A stretch of 64,000 nt of DNA from the IMG/VR virus record IMGVR_UViG_3300020190_000031; one strand, 5' to 3'. The stretch is from an uncultured virus (IMG/VR IMGVR_UViG_3300020190_000031). Its lineage: Duplodnaviria; Heunggongvirae; Uroviricota; Caudoviricetes. A program made the translations under genes and the position numbers. Position 1 is the stretch's first letter. Every line of letters begins with the position of its first letter. Below are positions 57,832 to 64,000 of the stretch, piece by piece. The notes beneath the pieces are model-generated. The model ran no database searches. It was not told the origin of the DNA and saw only the letters and a list, made by a program, of their open reading frames with translations.

Positions 57832-60180
57832 ATGACCGAGTTTCTAAAATCCGCGCCTAGTGCAGAGGCAGTTTTTTATCGCACATATAGTCGTCGCAAG
57901 GCAGATGGCACCAGGGAGAACTTTTGCGAGGCAATGACCCGTTGTGTTAAGGCTATTGCTCAAACAGGCAAGTTTACCGTAGAAGAAGAAAACCTTGTAC
58001 TTCAACAGGCCTTGAAACAGGCTTGCTTCCCGTCCGGCAGAGCTTTCTGGGTTGCGGGTACCGAATGGGCCGAGGACAGTACAAATTACAGTGGTTGGTA
58101 TAACTGCACCAGCACAAGAGTAAAAGATTTAGAAGCTTTTGAGCTCATTATGGAGCTTGCCATGATGGGATCTGGCACGGGAGCAATGTTGGAGAAAGAT
58201 ACAATCATATCCTTGCCAAGGATTGAAAATACAATTGACATTGTGTTTATTACTGACGTTGGCGGTGTTGCGCCTAATCAGCGGGAGCAGGAAAGCTTTT
58301 TGGTTGAGCCGCGAGAAAGCAACGAACCTGAGTATGTTCTTGTGGTTGGGGATAGCAGAAAGGGCTGGGTCAAAGCTTATCGTCAAATCCTTGAGCTCGC
58401 ATGCGATCCAGAGGGTGAAGACATTCCTTTAATTATTGACTTAGGTAATGTTCGTCCATCCGGCGAAAAACTAAAAGGTTTTGGCGGCACTTCAAACCCA
58501 ATTAAGCTTAAGGAAGTTTTTGAAAAAATTGTCTCCTTGCTCAACAATGCAGTTGGCAGAAAGTTAACAGCAATCGAATGCTGTTTAATAATTGATGAGG
58601 CTGCAGCCTGTGTGGTTGCGGGCAACATCCGCCGCAGCGCCGGCATGCGCCAATTCTCTTGGGATGACACAGAGGCAATTAACTCAAAGGCTAATTTATA
58701 TACGCAGGATGAAAATGGGAATTGGCGTGTGGATCACAAAAAGGAAGCCCTTCGAATGGCAAATCATACTACTTGCTATCATTTCAAGCCAACACTTGAA
58801 GAAGTTGAGGAGTCTGTTCGACAGCAATTTTATAGTGGTGAGGGCGCCATACAATATGTTCCACAGGCCCTAATTCGCGCAAATATTGACATATTAGATT
58901 CCCCCGATGTTCAACAAAGATTTTTAAAAGAATATGCCAAGGGCAAGGAGTTTGCCGAGCATTTTCTTGTTCATTATGCATATGAAAAAGGAATTACCAT
59001 TAACAAGCGGGAGGCCGAGCACCGAATCAATCGCTATGGCTTGAATCCATGCGGTGAAATCATTGGCACAGACTTCCATTGCAATCTTGCTGAAATCCAC
59101 TTGAACACTATTGACCCAAATGATCGACAGGCTCAAATTGATGCATTTAAAGCGGGAGCTCTACAAGTCGCTGCTTTATTACATCACCAATTTAAGGATG
59201 AAAGATATCAATATAGTCGTAAGATTGATCCAATTGTTGGAGTTAGTTTTACTGGTCTTTTTGATTTCTTTGTTATTGCTTTTGGCGCTGAATGGCTTGG
59301 CTGGATGATGAAGGGTCGGCCTAATAATAATTTAGGCAGAAAGTTTAGCAATTCTGAAATCAAATACTTGTCACTATGGCGAAGTGTTGTCAGGGAGACA
59401 ATCAATAAGTACTGCATGCAACATGGGTTGCGTGTGCCTAATCGTATGACGACCGTACAACCTGCTGGGACAAAAAGTTTACTTACGGGCGCCTCTTCTG
59501 GATGGCATCCTCCCAAGGCTCAGCGATTTATTCGCAGAATTACATTTGGCAAGACCGACCCCTTGGTGTCTGCTTTGCGGGACTGGGGTTATGCGGTAGT
59601 ACCAGCACAATCCGCTAGAGACGAGCATGGGAAGTTGCTTGATGACATCATGGATGATCGAGTCCATGAAGTCTTGGTTGAGATCCCCACTGAAGTATCC
59701 TGGGCTAACTTATCTGGTTGTGATGAATTTGATTTAAGCAAATTGCCTGTTGAATCTCAATGGTGGCTATATATGCAAGTGCAACAATTTTATACTGAAC
59801 ATAATACTAGCGCTACGATTGAATATCGACTTGAAGAATTGACTGTACTCTCTGATTTGATTTACCAGTCGATTAAAAATGATACGGGTTATATATCGGC
59901 AGCCTTATTGGCACGGTTTGATGCTAATGAGACCTTCCCTCGTTTGCCATTTGAGCCAATCGATAAGGTTACTTATGATAGACTGAATGGCGTTTCCGAA
60001 TCTTACCGATCAGCACTTCCACTTATCTTCAAGAAAGATAGGGTTGACTTCCTTGAAGTTTTAAATCAGTACGATAAGGCTGATTATGAATTGAAAGGCA
60101 GCGCTGGCTGTGACAGCGATAAATGCCTTTACGAGGCGTCAAAAGATAGCGATCAGGCTGGATTTCAGGTTCAATTATGA
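57832..60180 (+). CDS. nrdJ: Class II (cobalamin-dependent) monomeric ribonucleotide reductase
   Basis: FYRTYSR, PSGR, YNC, VAGNIRRSA, NPCGEI, CNLAE, TVQPAGT, C-terminal CDSDKC. Confidence 0.93.
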   Translation: MTEFLKSAPSAEAVFYRTYSRRKADGTRENFCEAMTRCVKAIAQTGKFTVEEENLVLQQALKQACFPSGRAFWVAGTEWAEDSTNYSGWYNCTSTRVKDLEAFELIMELAMMGSGTGAMLEKDTIISLPRIENTIDIVFITDVGGVAPNQREQESFLVEPRESNEPEYVLVVGDSRKGWVKAYRQILELACDPEGEDIPLIIDLGNVRPSGEKLKGFGGTSNPIKLKEVFEKIVSLLNNAVGRKLTAIECCLIIDEAAACVVAGNIRRSAGMRQFSWDDTEAINSKANLYTQDENGNWRVDHKKEALRMANHTTCYHFKPTLEEVEESVRQQFYSGEGAIQYVPQALIRANIDILDSPDVQQRFLKEYAKGKEFAEHFLVHYAYEKGITINKREAEHRINRYGLNPCGEIIGTDFHCNLAEIHLNTIDPNDRQAQIDAFKAGALQVAALLHHQFKDERYQYSRKIDPIVGVSFTGLFDFFVIAFGAEWLGWMMKGRPNNNLGRKFSNSEIKYLSLWRSVVRETINKYCMQHGLRVPNRMTTVQPAGTKSLLTGASSGWHPPKAQRFIRRITFGKTDPLVSALRDWGYAVVPAQSARDEHGKLLDDIMDDRVHEVLVEIPTEVSWANLSGCDEFDLSKLPVESQWWLYMQVQQFYTEHNTSATIEYRLEELTVLSDLIYQSIKNDTGYISAALLARFDANETFPRLPFEPIDKVTYDRLNGVSESYRSALPLIFKKDRVDFLEVLNQYDKADYELKGSAGCDSDKCLYEASKDSDQAGFQVQL

Positions 60181-60698
60181 GCACTCTTGTCGACCACGAA
60201 ATTAGAGAACTTTGCCGTAAATCTGGCTTGGTAGAGCCGTTTGATGTCGATCTTTGTAATCCCGCCAGTATAGACATTAGGCTTGGGGACACAATTCTTG
60301 TAGAGGGTCGTATTTGCGGCCCCGAACAAGAACGTTCCCGCTGGATAAAACATAAAATTTCTGATACTGGTTACAATTTGGCACCTGGACAGTTTATCTT
60401 GGCACATTCATTTGAGGTAATTAGAATTCCGAATTGGTTGGAGGCCACTTTTCATTTAAAAAGCAGTCGTGGGCGAGAGGGTCTAAATCATCTTCTTGCA
60501 GGATACGTCGATCCAGGTTTTAATGGCCGAATTACCTTAGAACTTCAAAATGTAAATAGTCGACATAACGTCGAACTTACCGCTGGCATGCGAATTGGCC
60601 AGTTAAGGTTTAGTAAGCTTGAACATACCCCATTGCAATCATATGCCGTTACTGGACGATATATGAATGATATGACAGTCGTTGCAAGCAGGGGCTGA
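60177..60698 (+). CDS. dcd: dCTP deaminase
   Basis: NPASIDIRLG, KSSRGREG, AGYVDPGFNGRITLEL. Confidence 0.92.
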   Translation: MSTLVDHEIRELCRKSGLVEPFDVDLCNPASIDIRLGDTILVEGRICGPEQERSRWIKHKISDTGYNLAPGQFILAHSFEVIRIPNWLEATFHLKSSRGREGLNHLLAGYVDPGFNGRITLELQNVNSRHNVELTAGMRIGQLRFSKLEHTPLQSYAVTGRYMNDMTVVASRG

Positions 60699-60772
60699 AG
60701 GTAGACTAATAGGAGTCGCGTGATGCGACAAAATATATTTTGCCGTGAAGGCTTTACCTCGCTGAGATAGCA

Positions 60773-62365
60773 ATGCTTGGAGTTCCTCATCCTACCGGCG
60801 ATCCTATGCTGGTTTCCTATCATAGGCCTGAGCTCTTGAGGCAATTATCTTCACTAGAAGTTGCTGCAGATTGTTGGCATTTGCTCGATTCGACATATCA
60901 AACTCAAAAGGGCTCACATAGCACTGTAAAACAAAAATATCTTCACAAAGAAGAAGCTGAGCCTCAAAAGGCTTACCAAGAAAGATTACACCGTGCTACT
61001 TATGCACCAATTTATAGAGATAGCATTCGGGCCTATGCTGGCCTTTTAAATAGATTTCAATTAATTGATGCTCCATCTTCGATGGAGAATGCTGAAAAAA
61101 ATATCGACCTTCAAGGTGAGAGTATCCAAAGTTTTTGGAATCGCTGTGACGAACGCGCCTTAAGAGATGGTGGCGTTTACATCATGGTTGACATGACCCA
61201 AGAAGAAGAAGCCTTGAACTTTCTTGACGAACAAGAAAGTGGAAGGCGCCCATATCTAATTATGATTGAGAGGCAGGATGTAATTAATTGGTCGGTTGTG
61301 TATGAAAACGGTCGAGAAAGAATTGCCCATGCCACAATACGTCAAATGAAGCAAATTCCAACGCCAAATGGATTTGGTGTTGAGATACAGCCTTGCTATT
61401 ATGTCTTGCGACCTAATTTGGTTGAAACATATATGCTGGAAAAAGTTGGTCAACAATGGAAGCAAACAAAAATCAATGAAGTTAGAACATCTTTGCCCGT
61501 TGTACCACTGGTTTGGTACGGAGCCACTGCTCCGCATTTTGCTCAAGGAGATCTCCCCTTAAGTGGCTTAGCTGAATTATCTATTCAGCATTTTCAAATG
61601 CGGTCAGACCTACAGGAACTGCTTCATAAATGCGCGATGCCTGTTCCCGTTAGGACTGGCGCAAGGATTGGACCTGACGGCAGACCCACTCCTTTAATTT
61701 TAGGCCCAAATACGGCTGTTGATCTTGACGCAGAAGGTGGCAAATTTGAATTTGCTGAACCCTCCGGCAGAAGCCTAGAACGTCATCAGGCAGAGATTCG
61801 TCATGTTGAAGAGCTGATGGATCGCAGTGGTCTTAACTTCTTATACGGAGCAAACATCAAAACGGCAACCGAGGCCTCCCTCAGAGCTTCTCAGATTGCT
61901 TCTCAAGTTTCGGCTTTAGTTCGCAATAAAACCGCAGCATTCAACATGATTATGAGGCTTTGGGCGGCTTATAACGGTGAACTACCTGAGATTACGACTG
62001 AATCCGGTATTGCGATCAATGATAGCTTAATCAATAAACCGTTGGGGGCCAGTGAGATTGCCCAATTGGTCAACCTGTTCTCTCAAGGCATTCTTTCCAA
62101 AAGGACAATTCTTGACGAACTGCAACGTGGAGGTATTCTTGATCCTGATTTAAAAATTGACGAAGAAATTGCCAGGACGGAAGAGGATCGTCAAGAAATT
62201 TTAAATCAGTCAATCGAAGAAACCATTAAAAAACAGGAAACTTTCGGGTTATCACAACAAGATTCTGATGATAACCTCACCAACAACAATCAAAATCAAC
62301 GGGATTCTATAGAGAATCCGCAATCTCCCAAAAACTTACAATCAGCCGCTCAAAGGGCTCAATAA
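60773..62365 (+). CDS. Portal protein (DUF4055-like)
   Basis: 530 aa; E....YQERL.RA, NIDLQG, RPY, KTATEA; late motif 60700-60708. Confidence 0.85.
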   Translation: MLGVPHPTGDPMLVSYHRPELLRQLSSLEVAADCWHLLDSTYQTQKGSHSTVKQKYLHKEEAEPQKAYQERLHRATYAPIYRDSIRAYAGLLNRFQLIDAPSSMENAEKNIDLQGESIQSFWNRCDERALRDGGVYIMVDMTQEEEALNFLDEQESGRRPYLIMIERQDVINWSVVYENGRERIAHATIRQMKQIPTPNGFGVEIQPCYYVLRPNLVETYMLEKVGQQWKQTKINEVRTSLPVVPLVWYGATAPHFAQGDLPLSGLAELSIQHFQMRSDLQELLHKCAMPVPVRTGARIGPDGRPTPLILGPNTAVDLDAEGGKFEFAEPSGRSLERHQAEIRHVEELMDRSGLNFLYGANIKTATEASLRASQIASQVSALVRNKTAAFNMIMRLWAAYNGELPEITTESGIAINDSLINKPLGASEIAQLVNLFSQGILSKRTILDELQRGGILDPDLKIDEEIARTEEDRQEILNQSIEETIKKQETFGLSQQDSDDNLTNNNQNQRDSIENPQSPKNLQSAAQRAQ

Positions 62366-62396
62366 AAGCATAGATTGTAGTAACTAATGTCAGATC

Positions 62397-62594
62397 ATGG
62401 TTTTAGCACGTTTTGAATTTTACCCAGACAAGGCAGAACAGTTTGCCTGGCACAGTGGGCAACAGATTGTTGAGGTTTTGTTCGATAATGTATTTGACCT
62501 GATTAAAACCTGTCAAGAATATGAAGATGCGATTGCAAATTGCACTGCTATGATGGATGGTCAAATTATCGACTTACGAGCATTTTCTGCTTGA
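62397..62594 (+). CDS. Hypothetical protein
   Basis: 65-aa ORF. Confidence 0.55.
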   Translation: MVLARFEFYPDKAEQFAWHSGQQIVEVLFDNVFDLIKTCQEYEDAIANCTAMMDGQIIDLRAFSA

Positions 62595-62977
62595 AACACC
62601 CATTGCAAAATGGTAAATTTTACCGTTCCTATGGTGGATCTTTCGCCTATCAAATCATAGCGCCAGTTTGCCGTTTGTACGATCGGGAAGAACTGCCTTG
62701 GCCCTCTTGTTCGACTGCTTGGAGAGGTAAGCAACCAAGCTGGAATCGTATAGGAGTGCGATTTGTCCCCGACCTAACAGCTTCGAGGTGTCCTTCATAT
62801 GTAGTGCATGGGAGCGATTTGCAAGGAGCGGGCTGGACTCAAATTTTAACATTTTACTGGGTTCGTCTTGACGACAAAACAAAACAATGGTGGTATTATA
62901 AGGGTCCAAGGTCAAAAGAGCCGCCAACCCATCCATGGGAAACAAACTTGAACCTGGATTCTGGAGTAGAGTCTTAA
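62540..62977 (+). CDS. Hypothetical protein resembling a cyanobacterial conserved family (start may be TTG 62591)
   Basis: CRLYDREELPWPSC...PSWNRIG.RFVPD motif, recalled rather than searched. Confidence 0.6.
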   Translation: MHCYDGWSNYRLTSIFCLKHPLQNGKFYRSYGGSFAYQIIAPVCRLYDREELPWPSCSTAWRGKQPSWNRIGVRFVPDLTASRCPSYVVHGSDLQGAGWTQILTFYWVRLDDKTKQWWYYKGPRSKEPPTHPWETNLNLDSGVES

Positions 62978-63117
62978 ACGAAAAAGGGCTCGAAAGCCCT
63001 GGCCGCGACAAAGCCGTCGAGGATACTCTTCTTTATATACAAAATAAAAAACAAGCGAAAGATGATACAAGAAGGGAAAAAACTGAGAAAAAACAAACTC
63101 GGAAAAAAAAGAAATGA
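62935..63117 (+). CDS. Small basic protein
   Basis: W..VL...GLESPG motif. Confidence 0.55.
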   Translation: MGNKLEPGFWSRVLNEKGLESPGRDKAVEDTLLYIQNKKQAKDDTRREKTEKKQTRKKKK

Positions 63118-63172
63118 TCCCATTCAGTGCAGTTGTTTTTGCTTTAAAATGGAGGCATTATAAAGCATTAAA

Positions 63173-63400
63173 ATGGAAGATTTTAAAAAGGTTCAAAGTA
63201 ACGCTTATGGTGAAGCAACAAAGAAACTTTCTACAATTGCGAATCTTACGCCCATGAAAGCATTTCTCTTTTCTGTAGTTGCTTTTGGCGTATACGGATC
63301 CTTATTTTCATTGTTCGCTTGGCTAATATCAACAATGTTTGGCCAGCCCTTTTGGGCCTGCCTAGGACTTGTCTTTTTAATGAGATTGTGCTTAACTTGA
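63173..63400 (+). CDS. Small membrane protein
   Basis: Two hydrophobic segments. Confidence 0.6.
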   Translation: MEDFKKVQSNAYGEATKKLSTIANLTPMKAFLFSVVAFGVYGSLFSLFAWLISTMFGQPFWACLGLVFLMRLCLT

Positions 63401-63408
63401 CAAACTAC

Positions 63409-63481
63409 GGGCGCGTAGCATAATGGATAATGCAGCATCCTTCTAAGATGCCTCATGGGGGTTCGAGTCCCTCCGCGCCTG
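63409..63481 (+). tRNA. tRNA-Arg(TCT)
   Basis: Acceptor GGGCGCG/CGCGCCT; anticodon arm GCATC-CTTCTAA-GATGC; T loop TTCGAGT; no encoded CCA. Confidence 0.93.
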
Positions 63482-63484
63482 CCT

Positions 63485-63557
63485 GCTCCCTTAGCAATCT
63501 GGTGAATGCAGCGGACTCATAATCCGCCTTAGGCGAGTTCGATCCTCGCAGGGAGCA
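63485..63557 (+). tRNA. tRNA(CAT), probably Ile2 (lysidine) rather than Met
   Basis: Acceptor GCTCCCT/AGGGAGC; arm GCGGA-CTCATAA-TCCGC; no initiator features. Confidence 0.88.
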
Positions 63558-63563
63558 CCTTAG

Positions 63564-63636
63564 GCCCGAGTAGCCCAGCGGAAGAGGCAAACGACTTAAA
63601 ATCGTTTCAGCGTGAGTTCAAGTCTCACCTCGGGTA
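63564..63636 (+). tRNA. tRNA-Leu(TAA) with short variable loop
   Basis: Acceptor GCCCGAG/CTCGGGT; arm AACGA-CTTAAAA-TCGTT; variable region TCAGC. Confidence 0.9.
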
Positions 63637-63688
63637 TTGAATCATATGATGTTTATACCGCTAAACTGGACCGAGTGACCTTACAGTT

Positions 63689-63865
63689 ATGGAATGCATT
63701 AAATGTGGTTCAATTAGCAATTTAGTTGGGTCTGAATCGCTTAATGTCACCATTAGAAGGATCAGGGTTTGTCCCAAGTGTGGCCATAAATTTTTAACAT
63801 ACGAGATTCCGCAAGTGGATTTGGGACGTGCTGAAGCATTTGTCAGGACTGGACACACCCGGTAA
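63689..63865 (+). CDS. NrdR-like Zn-ribbon protein (58 aa, not in ORF track)
   Basis: MECIKCG...TIRRIRVCPKCGHKFLTYE matches the NrdR N-terminal pattern; no ATP-cone. Confidence 0.7.
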   Translation: MECIKCGSISNLVGSESLNVTIRRIRVCPKCGHKFLTYEIPQVDLGRAEAFVRTGHTR

Positions 63866-64000
63866 ACTACACAAAGCAGTTGCTTAGCCGACTGCTCGGG
63901 CTTTGCCCGCTCTGGCATTGGAGGTCAATGTCGTTGAGTTCTGTTTTTATTATTGATTAAAAAAATTTGCACTGCTGCGGCCCTGATTGGTTGCTCTTTC

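Noticed and set aside
57832..60180. Intein or intron in the RNR (also checked terminase, helicase and thyX)
   Set aside because: ORFs are continuous, of ordinary length, and show no splicing motifs
60729..60742. Palindrome CAAAATATATTTTG as an NrdR box
   Set aside because: Lacks the conserved C and G positions and lies before the portal, not the RNR gene
1..64000. CRISPR array, integrase or repressor, photosynthesis genes (psbA, hli), stop-codon recoding
   Set aside because: None recognised; standard-code ORFs tile the window. Lifestyle cannot be decided because part of the genome is outside the window

Overview
Most of the genome of a tailed, siphovirus-like phage. Its host is very probably a picocyanobacterium (Synechococcus/Cyanobium type), inferred from a host-like monomeric class II RNR, DUF4278 and CP12-like genes, a glutamine riboswitch and cyanobacterial-type sigma factors. 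Layout: small early/accessory genes (1-6.6 kb); neck/tail module with a lambda-type -1 frameshift chaperone, major tail protein, tape measure and large fibres (6.7-31.7 kb); scaffold, capsid and decoration genes plus a second fibre cluster (31.8-41 kb); lysis (41-43 kb); replication, recombination and nucleotide metabolism with two sigma factors, interleaved with terminase and portal (43.9-62.4 kb); three tRNAs at the right end. Best non-obvious signals: about 20 copies of a GGHANNCTA late-promoter motif in front of almost every virion gene; GWGAH-pentaloop hairpins at the starts of portal, scaffold and capsid genes; a tandem glutamine riboswitch driving an unannotated DUF4278 peptide; a non-canonical tRNA-like RNA behind a metallophosphoesterase; and unannotated CP12-like and NrdR-Zn-ribbon mini-proteins. 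All functional calls come from motif recognition by eye; no database searches were run.
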